A DNA stretch of 64,000 bases from Minutocellus sp. GHC0000111 (Eukaryota): positions 4,774,001-4,838,000 of the forward strand of contig OZ361257.1 of assembly GCA_977018835.1 (NCBI GenBank), given 5' to 3'. Position 1 is the stretch's first letter. Every line of letters begins with the position of its first letter. Positions 1-11,400 of this stretch are shown piece after piece. The translations under genes and the position numbers were made by a program. The notes beneath the pieces are model-generated. The model searched no databases, was not told the DNA's origin, and worked only from the letters and a program-made list of their open reading frames with translations.

Positions 1-977
1 GCCAAGATGCTGTTGGAGTCATAGTCATAGACGACCATTATGTGCTGGTGGCCAGAAATAGACGATACCAAGAAACGGCCGGGCTGATCTGAGAAGATCT
101 GGCCCGTTATGTCATGACAATCAGCAAAGACATAGTTGGTGCGCTGTTGGTGTTGTGCCGGGTGGAGATCCTGCTCGGTTTCGTCCACCCCAGGGAGAGA
201 TTTTGGCGTAGCCATCGACCGTTTGGGCTTGGTCGACCTGATGTTCTTGCGCTGCTGGTCTAAGTGACCTTTAATCATCGGCATCGACTGTGGCATGTGC
301 TTACGTACAAGCTTTGATGTGAGGCCTGGCCAAGATCTATAAAATCCCGCATCGATTGCTTTGCACCAGGTAGATAGCTGAGGACTGCCAGCGCACCAAT
401 GTAAAAAGGCTACACGTTCCGGAACCGTCTCCTGGGCAATTGCGGCGTTGGCAGCATGTTGGATGACGTTGGGGCCGGGGAGCGGCGACATGGTGGGCGA
501 GCAATTAAGATCTACCATCCACAATTTCGTTGAGGGGTCTCGTTTACCTTGCAAAATGACGGTGTTGTCCTTGGCGATGACTACCGAATCCTTATCGAAA
601 GTGGCAACACATCCATCGTCACACAGCTGCCCAATCGATAGGAGCGATGATGCCATATTGTTGAAAATATAGGCCTTGCTAGCCGATGGGGAAACCCCAG
701 GGAGGCGAAGCGTGGCCTCGTGGGTGTTCGTCATTGTGCTGTTATCCGGAAGGGTGACGCTGATAGGAATTGCTGTCTGTTGGACGCTGAAAATAGGGCC
801 ATCGTACGATAGGTATTGGGGCTTCTGGACAAAATGTCCCGTCGTTCCAGTATCTGCTGCGAGGACGATTGGCTCTTGAGTTGGAGGTTTGCTTTTTGAC
901 GTAAGAAAAGCTAACGAAGGCGGGGAGGAGGTGGATTCAGATATGCTATCCTCTGTTTTATACTGATTAATATCCAC
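1..977 (-). CDS. pol: Pol N-terminal part (protease and integrase start), copy A, cut by the window edge
   Basis: Nucleotides match 43378-44354; absent from the ORF track because no stop lies inside the window. Confidence 0.88.
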   Translation of the reverse strand, partial: MDINQYKTEDSISESTSSPPSLAFLTSKSKPPTQEPIVLAADTGTTGHFVQKPQYLSYDGPIFSVQQTAIPISVTLPDNSTMTNTHEATLRLPGVSPSASKAYIFNNMASSLLSIGQLCDDGCVATFDKDSVVIAKDNTVILQGKRDPSTKLWMVDLNCSPTMSPLPGPNVIQHAANAAIAQETVPERVAFLHWCAGSPQLSTWCKAIDAGFYRSWPGLTSKLVRKHMPQSMPMIKGHLDQQRKNIRSTKPKRSMATPKSLPGVDETEQDLHPAQHQQRTNYVFADCHDITGQIFSDQPGRFLVSSISGHQHIMVVYDYDSNSIL

Positions 978-989
978 CGTCCCTCCCGC

Positions 990-2270
990 TCAGTTACGAC
1001 GCGAGCTACCACCGCAAGGATTGTACTTGGTGGCGTTATCAACGTGGTTGGGCCCTTTGCAAGTGCATTCAAAGCTGGGGTGGTTGGACGAATAGCCGCA
1101 CGTGTGGCAATAATGGCCTCTGGGGAGGATCGACTGCAGTTCCCGCTTCTCCTGGTGGTTGAGGTTAGGACCTTGGCCTGGGAAGTGGCCGGCGCCGTTC
1201 TGCTGGCCACCGCCGCGGTAGCCTCCACTGCCACCAGTGTGGTTGCGTCCCTCACGCAGAACGCGGTTCTCGGCCTTGAGTGAAGCTATTTCTTGGCGAA
1301 GTTTGGCAATGGTGTCATCCTTCTCGTTGCTCTTTTTGGCGAGGTTCGCCATCATGGCTTGGTTGGTCTTGAGGGCTTCGGTGGTATCAGCCAAAAGGAG
1401 ATCGGCTCGAGAAAGAAATGGATCGTCCGAGGCCGATGAGGCCAAATTCGCGCCATGATATCCTGCCGCTTCGGTGGTGGTATTGGCCATCTTCTTATCA
1501 CACCAATCGCGGAAGTCCGACTGCATGTTGGCCCACGTGCGTTCGGCCTCCGGTCTGTCGTCCCAGTCCTCGCATGCCTTCTTTGCCAATGAGAACCTGC
1601 GCACGGAGCGGTAGAACTTGGAGACCTTTTGCTTGTTGGTGAAGGGTTCGCCGGCCGTTTCAAACGCCTTGAAGACTTTGTTGAATATGGCGATGTGGGT
1701 GTCGATGGGTCCCCCGTCGTGCTGCTTCTCGAGCTGCTTCTCTAATTCCTCCTTCTGAGTCTCGTTGAATTTCAAGTAGCGATCGGCAATGCTGTCGATG
1801 ATTTGGCGGATGGTGACTGGCTGGAAACCGAGCATGTCATCTTCGAGATGATTGATGTAGACGGCGTCGATCGAGTCGAGGAGGAGATTCTTGATCGCCG
1901 TGTTGACTTGCTCGTGCAAGTTGTAGTGGCCCTTTTCGATGTGATGTCCCCGGATTGCACGATCGCGTTGGTCTAGATTGGCCACGGCGGGAATGGTGGG
2001 GCTGGGGCCAGGATTTGCCGGAGGCACATGTGGTCGGCCGTTACTTTTGGTGGTGTGTTCGGCATCGCTGACGACGAGGCCCAAATGGCCGAGGTCATGG
2101 TCATTGTGCCCTGCTGGAATGCTGGCCGCCGCTTGTTGAAGTTCCTTGAGAGCTTTGGCAACACGCTCGCGTTGGGGAGGTTGTCCTGGGTCATTCATAC
2201 GTGTGATTAACTTGGTGGGGAGAATCGGCGCTGCGCCGAGAGGTTGGCCAAAAGCTGCGTTGGGATTCAC
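990..2270 (-). CDS. gag: Gag, copy A (no upstream LTR promoter)
   Basis: Translation matches copy B Gag. Confidence 0.85.
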   Translation of the reverse strand: MNPNAAFGQPLGAAPILPTKLITRMNDPGQPPQRERVAKALKELQQAAASIPAGHNDHDLGHLGLVVSDAEHTTKSNGRPHVPPANPGPSPTIPAVANLDQRDRAIRGHHIEKGHYNLHEQVNTAIKNLLLDSIDAVYINHLEDDMLGFQPVTIRQIIDSIADRYLKFNETQKEELEKQLEKQHDGGPIDTHIAIFNKVFKAFETAGEPFTNKQKVSKFYRSVRRFSLAKKACEDWDDRPEAERTWANMQSDFRDWCDKKMANTTTEAAGYHGANLASSASDDPFLSRADLLLADTTEALKTNQAMMANLAKKSNEKDDTIAKLRQEIASLKAENRVLREGRNHTGGSGGYRGGGQQNGAGHFPGQGPNLNHQEKRELQSILPRGHYCHTCGYSSNHPSFECTCKGPNHVDNATKYNPCGGSSRRN

Positions 2271-2490
2271 GCTGGTGTTTCAGTCAGCGAAGACAGTCAG
2301 CACGGCGGTGTTGCTGCGAGACGTGTGATCGACAGAAGGTTCGATCCAGAGAAGTGTGATCGATTGGATGGGTCGATCTGGTCAGGACTTCCGGGGAAAA
2401 GATTGGATCGTCGTTCCAATATTGTCGAAAGAAACGGTCGTTTTGGCCGATTGAAGATGTGTCGGTTTTTCTTGCGTGACGAGTGAGAAC

Positions 2491-4288
2491 CACACCACCC
2501 ACAAAGATGCGTGCTTTGGCTGCAGTGCAATCACAGGACACTGCTCAACACATGCATTCCTTGCTGCTCTCACATGGCAATGAATGGAACATAAGCTTTG
2601 GTAGAGATCAGGGTGCTCCTATTGTCAAATGTGAGTTGATCCAGTTAGGAGCGACCCCTAGCTTTCCCAACGCTGCTGGCGACACCCACACCACCCACAA
2701 AGATGCGTGCTTTGGCTGCAGTGCAATCACAGGACACTGCTCAACACATGCATTCCTTGCTGCTCTCACATGGCAATGAATGGAACATAAGCTTTGGTAG
2801 AGATCAGGGTGCTCCTATGGTCAAATGTGAGTTGCCCCAGTTAGGAGCGCCCTAGTTGTCCCAACGCTGCTGCTGGCGATGCCCACGCCACCCACATAGA
2901 TGAGTGCTTTGGCTGCAGTGCAATCACAGGACACTGCTCACCACATGCATTTCTTGCGAGGAGCGCCCTGGCTTTCCTAACGCTGCTGGCGACCCCACAC
3001 CACCCACAAAGATGCGTGCTTTGGCTGCAGTGCAATCACTGGACACTGCTCACCACATGCATTTCTTGCTGCTCTCACATTGTAATGAATGGAACATAAG
3101 CTTTGGTAGAGATCAGGGTGCTCCTATGGTCAAATGTGAGTTGCTCCAGTTAGGAGCGCCCTAGCTTTCCCAACGCTGCTGGCGACGCCCACACCACCCA
3201 CAAAGATGAGTGCTTTGGCTGCAGTGCAATCACAGGACACTGCTCACCACATGCATTCCTTGCTGCTCTCACATGGCAATGAATGGAACATAAGCTTTGG
3301 TAGAGATCAGGGTGCTCCTATGGTCAAATGTGAGTTGCTCCAGTTAGGAGCGCCCCCTAGCTTTCCCAACGCTGCTGGCGACACCCACACCACCCACAAA
3401 GATGCGTGCTTTGGCTGCAGTGCAATCACAGGACACTGCTCACCACATGCATTCCTTGCTGCTCTCACATGGCAATGAATGGAACATAAGCTTTGGTAGA
3501 GATCAGGGTGCTCCTATGGTCAAATGTGAGTTGCTCCAGTTAGGAGCGCCCCCTAGCTTTCCCAACGCTGCTGGCGACACCCACACCACCCACAAAGATG
3601 CGTGCTTTGGCTGCAGTGCAATCACAGGACACTGCTCACCACATGCATTTCTTGCTGCTCTCACATGGCAATGAATGGAACATAAGCTTTGGTAGAGATC
3701 AGGTTGCTGCTATGGTCAAATGTGAGTTGCTCCAGTAAGGAGCGCCCTAGTTGTCCCAACGCTGCTGCTGGCGATGCCCACGCCACCCACATAGATGAGT
3801 GCTTTGGCTGCAGTGCAATCACAGGACACTGCTCACCACATGAATTTCTTGCTGCTCTCACATTGTAATGAATGGAGCATAAGCTTTGGTAGAGATCAGG
3901 GTGCTCCTATGGCTAAACATGAGTTGCTCCAGTTAGGAGCGCCCTAGTTTTTCCAACGCTGCTGGCGACGCCCGCACCACCCACAAAGATGCGTGCTTTG
4001 GCTGCAGTGCAATCACAGGACACTGCTCACCACATGCATTTCTTGCTGCTCTCACATGGCAATGAATGGAACATAAGCTTTGGTAGAGATCAGGGTGCTC
4101 CTATTATTGATGTTAGTTGCTCCAGTTAGGAGCGCCCTGATTTTCCCAACGCTGCTGGCGACACCCACACCACCCACAAAGATGCGTGCTTTGGCTGCAG
4201 TGCAATCACAGGACACTGCTCACCACATGCATTCCTTGCTGCTCTCACATGGCAATGAATGGAACATAAGCTTTGGTAGAGATCAGGG
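2491..4288 (+). repeat. Sat-A ~194-bp satellite block (~9.5 monomers)
   Basis: Tandem units CCAACGCTGCTGGCGACGCCCACACCACCCACAAAGATG...AAGCTTTGGTAGAGATCAGGGTGCT...; collinear with 48153-49950. Confidence 0.95.
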
Positions 4289-4484
4289 TGCTAAGAGGTC
4301 CTAAAGCTAAGCTAGATAGATATAGCTAGTAGAGGTTAGTAGGACCTACGTAGATGAAAAATGGGCCATCGGAGATGTCGTTGGCCCATGGATCAATTGT
4401 CAGGAGAGGGCACTGAGTCAGTGGTCTGATCACCGTAAGTACTGTACGAATATATACGTACGTACGTATCCCACGGTGTCAACA
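4289..4484 (-). repeat. 3' LTR, copy D
   Basis: Same as the B/C 3' LTR except GAAAAATGGG vs GAAAATTGGG. Confidence 0.94.
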
Positions 4485-4543
4485 CCCCCTCGCAGATCAA
4501 TGACTAGTGCCATTGAATCTACATGTAGAGTCCTAATTGGAAT

Positions 4544-7390
4544 CTACATGTAAGTAGACTGGTCGCATGTCGTCATGGTAGCGGGCGGGATTGTGCTTTT
4601 TAAAATAATTTGCGCTCCTTTCCGCCAGCACACCTGGAATTGTCGTTGCTCCATGCGATCTTGGACCCAGTAGAATCTCATGTCCATAGCCTTAGACCGT
4701 CTTTGCTTGACGGTTTTATTGGCGATTCCAGATGCTGTAGAGTTGTCAACGACGACAGCAGTAGGGGGTTGCGGGTGACCCATTTCTTCTAGTGCTGCCC
4801 GGATTGGTGCTGCATCTTTCATGTTGAAAAATAGTCCTCCCAATTCGGCTTCAGCGGCTGAGGACATTGCATGCTTGATGATGTTGGCATTGACGAGGAT
4901 GGCTCCATTCATTGGTGGCATGGGATCACTTGAGTCAGGCTGGCGGTGCGGGTCCTTAGGTCGGGAGCTTAGGTAGAAGTGCCCTCTGAGCTTGCTTCTT
5001 GATTTCGGGGCTGATAAGTGGGAGGCGTCGCTATGTACATGTGGGATCATGTCTGACTTGACGTGTCGAATGACTGCGTCGGGATGGGTTGCAAGGTAAT
5101 CTAGAAGCTTCTTGGCATCTTGTCGAGTGCGCTCGGTAGCTTTGGATTGTTCCGCTGAGATGCTGTTGAGCGCCGGTAAAATTGTTGAATCAATTGCTCG
5201 ACCATAGCACAAGGAGCTGCCCACCACCTGTTGAATTTTGTTGATGCCTTTGGCGTCGAGTGGTGGTGAGTCGTCTTCCGGTTCTGGCAGCTGGGGTCCC
5301 GGGCCATACGTCGGATGATTCCATCGACATGGCGCATGCTCGGGCCGTGAGGGGCGGTCGTGTTGGAACTTGTGGCGCATCTCCTTGACGTAGTTAGGCA
5401 TAGATAGATCCACCCATTTGGCCTCGTAGTTCCACTCGAGTTGAACACCACAATAAAGTCGGCCTTCCCAATCGGTAGTGATCTTATACTTGGAGTTGAG
5501 GGCCTGAATGAGATGGTCTGCATGCTCTTTCCCGACATGCTTTGCTCCAAAATCGTCAACGGTTAGGCAAAAGGTAATTGGGCGGGTTTTGTGCCTCCAA
5601 AGGCCGGCAGTTCGCTTGCATGGGAAATAGCCATGGGGTTTGAGATGCTTGACAAGTTGATCGTAGGCTAGGCGCCCTGCCTGGGGTAATCCATGCATTC
5701 CGCCATCGATTCTGACCAATACTCGACCATTCTTTACTTTGTCGTGGAGGTCGTAGGCTTCCATGACTTTGTCGGGGATGAGAGCTACTGGCGCCCACAT
5801 CCATTCTGGCTCTGGCATGGTGCTATTGAGATAGAAGTCACTGATATCAATTCCCATGAAACGAGCGTTGTCTGTAGAGATGACGCTGTTGAAAAGTAAC
5901 TTTGCAGTCAACATTTCAGCGGTCGGGGTCGAGACTGTACCAGGGTAATGAATTTTGTCGCCTCCTGCAGTCCATCGAACTCGATTGGGATTTGGTTTAT
6001 GGGAGCGATAGTCGGCGACAATGCGGAGGTATGTGGCTTTTTTCCCCCGAGGCAGTTCGGACCAGTGGACGAAAGCCATTGTATTGGAGGGAATGCTAGC
6101 ACTGTTTCCAACTCGGCCGTCCGTTAGCCGTCCAATTTCATCGATGTTTGCTTGAATGAATTGGTCCCTCATGTTCGTTTTGAGGAGGTCGCGGTATTCA
6201 AGCATTGCACCAGTGTCGGGATGGACGACGGCGTTAGCAAAGTGTTGGAGGTTTGGTAAAGGCGAGAAAGCTGCCATGTTGGCCACGTGGTGGGTGCTAC
6301 GACGAGATGATGGCCGTGGGGGAGGGTTCCGATGTGGAATGTACCCTCGCTGACGGTATGATCGTCGTCGAGGTGGTTTGGCGGTCGATGGTTTGGACTT
6401 GCTTGTCGATTTTGCTGGAGCTGGTAATGTTGGAGTGGCATCGATCGTTGGAGACTTGCGTTTACGTTGCCGACGGGAGGTGGGGGCATTGGAACTTTGA
6501 TTGGATGTTACGACGGTTGCATCGTCGCCGTTGGGCTCGTCTACTGCAACCAAAGGATTGTAGCAGTTGGAAGAAACTGACGAGCGAGGTGGCGCGTTGG
6601 ATCGACGTGATCGACGGCTTTTAGTGGTGGCTGCATCATATGTGGAGGATTTTGCCACCCTCGGAGGTTGCTGGGGCTGAGGTAACGGAGCGTTGGGGTT
6701 GGAGACAAGGTGACGGCCTGCTTCAGTCTCGTTCATCTCTTCTACGTCGTCGTCCTCGTATTTGATTTTGTAGTGCTTATACTTCTTGTCAAATGCAACG
6801 ACTCTACCCTTGTAATTGCGATCTCCAAACACTTTGGCGACGATGGTACCGTGGCCGAATCGTTGGGAGTCGTCATCGTTCTCCAGCACCCTCGGAGCTG
6901 CGGTTGTCTGCATCGTCTCATCAGAGGCGGAGGTGGCAGATTCTGCTGGGGTCACTCTGTTGAAAATCTCGGAGAGCTTTTCTAAAGCTTGACGATGCTC
7001 GTCTCGAAGGGGAGCAAGGGGTGCCGCTGGATGTGGATTCTGTAGAGCGTGCAGGAGTTCATGAGCTGCGACTATTGCTGCATCGGCCGACGACGTTTTG
7101 GGTACCGGAATCATTTTGGGGAGCCAGACGAGTGTGTTACCAGTGCGTTCCGCCCGAGTTTCCTCAATCCAAACCTTGTAACACCGGTAGTGTTCCATGG
7201 CTGGACCGACATAGTACCCATCAACGCCATGCGGGGACCAAGAGCCGCGTGCCGAGGGCATCTCGTGAAAGATGACCTTGCATCCGAGGGGGCCGAGAGG
7301 CGTGCGATTGAAATCAAAGCCGCCATTGAGTTGCTCGTACGCTGATAGTCGAGGGTTGACTCGGGATGCTCTCAGGAAATTGAGGGTCAT
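4544..7390 (-). pseudogene. pol: 5'-truncated pol (integrase C-terminus, Tudor-like module, RT, RNase H), copy D
   Basis: 948 aa matching the C-terminal part of the 1375-aa Pol; protease and the integrase DDE triad are removed by the breakpoint. Confidence 0.9.
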
Positions 7391-7462
7391 TTTTCATCTA
7401 CGTAGGTCCTACTAACCTCTACTAGCTATATCTATCTAGCTTAGCTTTAGGACCTCTTAGCA
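7388..7462 (+). mobile_element. Inverted partial LTR (75 bp, R/U5 end)
   Basis: Reverse complement of 4289-4363, followed by CCCTG (the inverted TSD junction). Confidence 0.9.
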
Positions 7463-8365
7463 CCCTGATCTCTACCAAAGCTTATGTTCCATTCATTGCC
7501 ATGTGAGAGCAGCAAGGAATGCATGTGGTGAGCAGTGTCCTGTGATTGCACTGCAGCCAAAGCACGCATCTTTGTGGGTGGTGTGGGCGTCGCCAGCAGC
7601 GTTGGAAAAATCAGGGCGCTCCTAACTGGAGCAACTAACATCAATAATAGGAGCACCCTGATCTCTACCAAAGCTTATGTTCCATTCATTGCCATGTGAG
7701 AGCAGCAAGAAATGCATGTGGTGAGCAGTGTCCTGTGATTGCACTGCAGCCAAAGCACGCATCTTTGTGGGTGGTGCGGGCGTCGCCAGCAGCGTTGGAA
7801 AAACTAGGGCGCTCCTAACTGGAGCAACTCATGTTTGACCATAGGAGCACCCTGATCTCTACCAAAGCTTATGCTCCATTCATTACAATGTGAGAGCAGC
7901 AAGAAATTCATGTGGTGAGCAGTGTCCTGTGATTGCACTGCAGCCAAAGCACTCATCTATGTGGGTGGCGTGGGCATCGCCAGCAGCAGCGTTGGGACAA
8001 CTAGGGCGCTCCTTACTGGAGCAACTCACATTTGACCATAGCAGCAACCTGATCTCTACCAAAGCTTATGTTCCATTCATTGCCATGTGAGAGCAGCAAG
8101 AAATGCATGTGGTGAGCAGTGTCCTGTGATTGCACTGCAGCCAAAGCACGCATCTTTGTGGGTGGTGTGGGTGTCGCCAGCAGCGTTGGGAAAGCTAGGG
8201 GGCGCTCCTAACTGGAGCAACTCACATTTGACCATAGGAGCACCCTGATCTCTACCAAAGCTTATGTTCCATTCATTGCCATGTGAGAGCAGCAAGGAAT
8301 GCATGTGGTAAGCAGTGTCCTGTGATTGCACTGCAGCCAAAGCACGCATCTTTGTGGGTGGTGTG
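7463..8365 (-). repeat. Inverted Sat-A block (~4.6 monomers)
   Basis: Reverse complement of ~3386-4288 with a few substitutions. Confidence 0.93.
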
Positions 8366-8484
8366 GTTCTCACTCGTCACGCAAGAAAAACCGACACATC
8401 TTCAATCGGCCAAAACGACCGTTTCTTTCGACAATATTGGAACGACGATCCAATCTTTTCCCCGGAAGTCCTGACCAGATCGAC
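8365..8484 (+). mobile_element. Inverted 120-bp fragment of the element 5' UTR
   Basis: Reverse complement of 2372-2491, including the copy A deletion junction. Confidence 0.9.
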
Positions 8485-11400
8485 GCTGCTGGCGACACCC
8501 ACACCAGCCACAAAGATGCGTGCTTTGGCTGCAGTGCAATCACAGGACACTGCTCAACACATGCATTCCTTGCTGCTCTCACATGGCAATGAATGGAACA
8601 TAAGCTTTGGTAGAGATCAGGGTGCTCCTATGGTCAAATGTGAGTTGCCCCAGTTAGGAGCGCCCTAGTTGTCCCAACGCTGCTGCTGGCGATGCCCACG
8701 CCACCCACATAGATGAGTGCTTTGGCTGCAGTGCAATCACAGGACACTGCTCACCACATGCATTTCTTGCGAGGAGCGCCCTGGCTTTCCTAACGCTGCT
8801 GGCGACACCCACACCACCCACAAAGATGCGTGCTTTGGCTGCAGTGCAATCACTGGACACTGCTCACCACATGCATTCGTTGCTGCTCTCACATGGCAAT
8901 GAATGGAACACAAGCTTTGGTAGAGATAAGGGTGCTCCTATGGTCAAACATGGGTTGCTCCAGCAAGCAGCGCCCTGATTTTCCCAACGCTGCTGGCGAC
9001 GCCCACACCACCCACAAAGATGCGTGCTCTGGCTGCAGTGCAACCACAGGACACTGCTCACCACATGCATTCCTTGCTGCTCTCACATGGCAATGAATGG
9101 AACATAAGCTTTGGTAGAGATCAGGGTGCTGCTATGGTCAAATATGAGTTGCTCCAGTAAGGAGCGCCCTGCTTTTCCCAACGCTGCTGGCGACGCCCAC
9201 ACCACCCACAAAGATGAGTGCTTTGGCTGCAGTGCAATCACAGGACACTGCTCACCACATGCATTCCTTGCTGCTCTCACATGGCAATGAATGGAACATA
9301 AGCTTTGGTAGAGATCAGGGTGCTGCTATGGTCAAACATGAATTGCTCCAGTTAGGAGCGCAATAGTTTTCCCAACGATGCTGGCGACGCCCACACCACC
9401 CACAAAGATGAGTGCTTTGGCTGCAGTGCAATCACAGGACACTGCTCACCACATGCATTCGTTGCTGCTCTCACATGGCAATGAATGGAACACAAGCTTT
9501 GGTAGAGATAAGGGTGCTCCTATGGTCAAACATGGGTTGCTCCAGCAAGCAGCGCCCTGATTTTCCCAACGCTGCTGGCGACGCCCACACCACCCACAAA
9601 GATGAGTGCTTTGGCTGCAGTGCAATCACAGGACACTGCTCACCACATGCATTCCTTGCTGCTCTCACATGGCAATGAATGGAACATAAGCTTTGGTAGA
9701 GATCAGGGTGCTGCCATGGTCAAATATGAGTTGCTCCAGTTAGGAGCGCCCTAGCTTTCCCAACGCTGCTGGCGACGCCCACACCACCCACAAAGATGCG
9801 TGCTTTGGCTGCAGTGCAATCACTGGACACTGCTCACCACATGCATTCGTTGCTGCTCTCACATGGCAATGAATGGAACACAAGCTTTGGTAGAGATAAG
9901 GGTGCTCCTATGGTCAAACATGGGTTGCTCCAGCAAGCAGCGCCCTGATTTTCCCAACGCTGCTGGCGACGCCCACACCACCCACAAAGATGAGTGCTTT
10001 GGCTGCAGTGCAATCACAGGACACTGCTCAACACATGCATTCGTTGCTGATCTCACATGGCAATGAATGGAACATAAGCTTTGGAAGAGATCAGGGTGCT
10101 GCTATGGTCAAACATGAATTGCTCCAGTTAGGAGCGCCCTAGATAGTTTGTCCAACGCTGCTGGCGACGCCCACACCACCCACAAAGATGAGTGCTTTGG
10201 CTGCAGTGCAATCACAGGACACTGCTCACCACATGCATTCCTTGCTGCTCTCACATGGCAATGAATGGAACATAAGCTTTGGTAGAGATCAGGGTGCTGC
10301 TATGGTCAAACATGAATTGCTCCAGTTAGGAGCGCAATAGTTTTCCCAACGATGCTGGCGACGCCCACACCACCCACAAAGATGAGTGCTTTGGCTGCAG
10401 TGCAATCACAGGACACTGCTCACCACATGCATTCCTTGCTGCTCTCACATGGCAATGAATGGAACATAAGCTTTGGAAGAGATCAGGGTGCTGCTATGGT
10501 CAAACATGAATTGCTCCAGTTAGGAGCGCCCTAGATAGTTTGTCCAACGCTGCTGGAAACGCCCCCACCACCCACAAAGATGAGTGCTTTGGCTGCAGTG
10601 CAATCACAGGACACTGCTCAACACATGCATTCCTTGCTGCTCTCACATGGCAATTAATGGAACATAAGCTTTGGTAGAGATCAGGGTGCTTCTATGGTCA
10701 AATGTGAGTTGCTCCAGTTAGGAGCGCCCTGGCTTTCCCAACGCTGCTGGCGACGCCCACACCACCCACAAAGATGCGTGCTTTGGCTGCAGTGCAATCA
10801 CAGGACACTGCTCACCACATGCATTCCTTGCTGCTCTCACATGGCAATGAATGGAACATAAGCTTTGGTAGAGATCAGGGTGCTGCTATGGTCAAACATG
10901 AATTGCTCCAGTTAGGAGCGCAATAGTTTTCCCAACGATGCTGGCGACGCCCACACCACCCACAAAGATGAGTGCTTTGGCTGCAGTGCAATCACAGGAC
11001 ACTGCTCACCACATGCATTCCTTGCTGCTCTCACATGGCAATGAATGGAACATAAGCTTTGGTAGAGATCAGGGTGCTCCTATGGTCAAATGTGAGTTGA
11101 TCCAGTTAGGACAGCCCTAACTTTCCCAACGCTGCTGGCGACGCCCACACCACCCACAAAGATGCGTGCTTTGGCTGCAGTGCAATCACAGGACACTGCT
11201 CACCACATGCATTCCTTGCTGCTCTCACATGGCAATGAATGGAACATAAGCTTTGGTAGAGATCAGGGTGCTCCTATGGTCAAATGTGAGTTGCTCCAGT
11301 TAGGAGCGCCCTGGCTTTCCCAACGCTGCTGGCGACGCCCACACCACCCACAAAGATGCGTGCTTTGGCTGCAGTGCAATCACAGGACACTGCTCACCAC

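Larger units (their letters stand above)
1..2491 (-). mobile_element. Copy A of the element: 5' part of pol (runs off the window), gag and most of the 5' UTR; 5' LTR and PBS deleted
   Basis: Matches copy B at offset 43377. Ends at ...GAGTGAGAACC and joins straight to satellite (CC microhomology, 2490-2491). Confidence 0.93.
4289..7391 (-). mobile_element. Copy D of the element, 5'-truncated: 3' LTR, PPT, RH, RT and the C-terminal part of integrase
   Basis: 3' LTR 4289-4484 preceded by the same CAGGG satellite junction. Matches copy B at offset 35683 until the inversion breakpoint at 7388-7391. Confidence 0.93.

Noticed and set aside
2486..2499. AGAACCACACCACC at the copy A junction also occurs in Sat-B (minus strand)
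   Set aside because: Fully explained by element end plus Sat-A; low complexity.
7396..7462. Inverted LTR piece as an inserted strong-stop cDNA
   Set aside because: It continues into the TSD and flanking satellite, so it was copied from genomic DNA.
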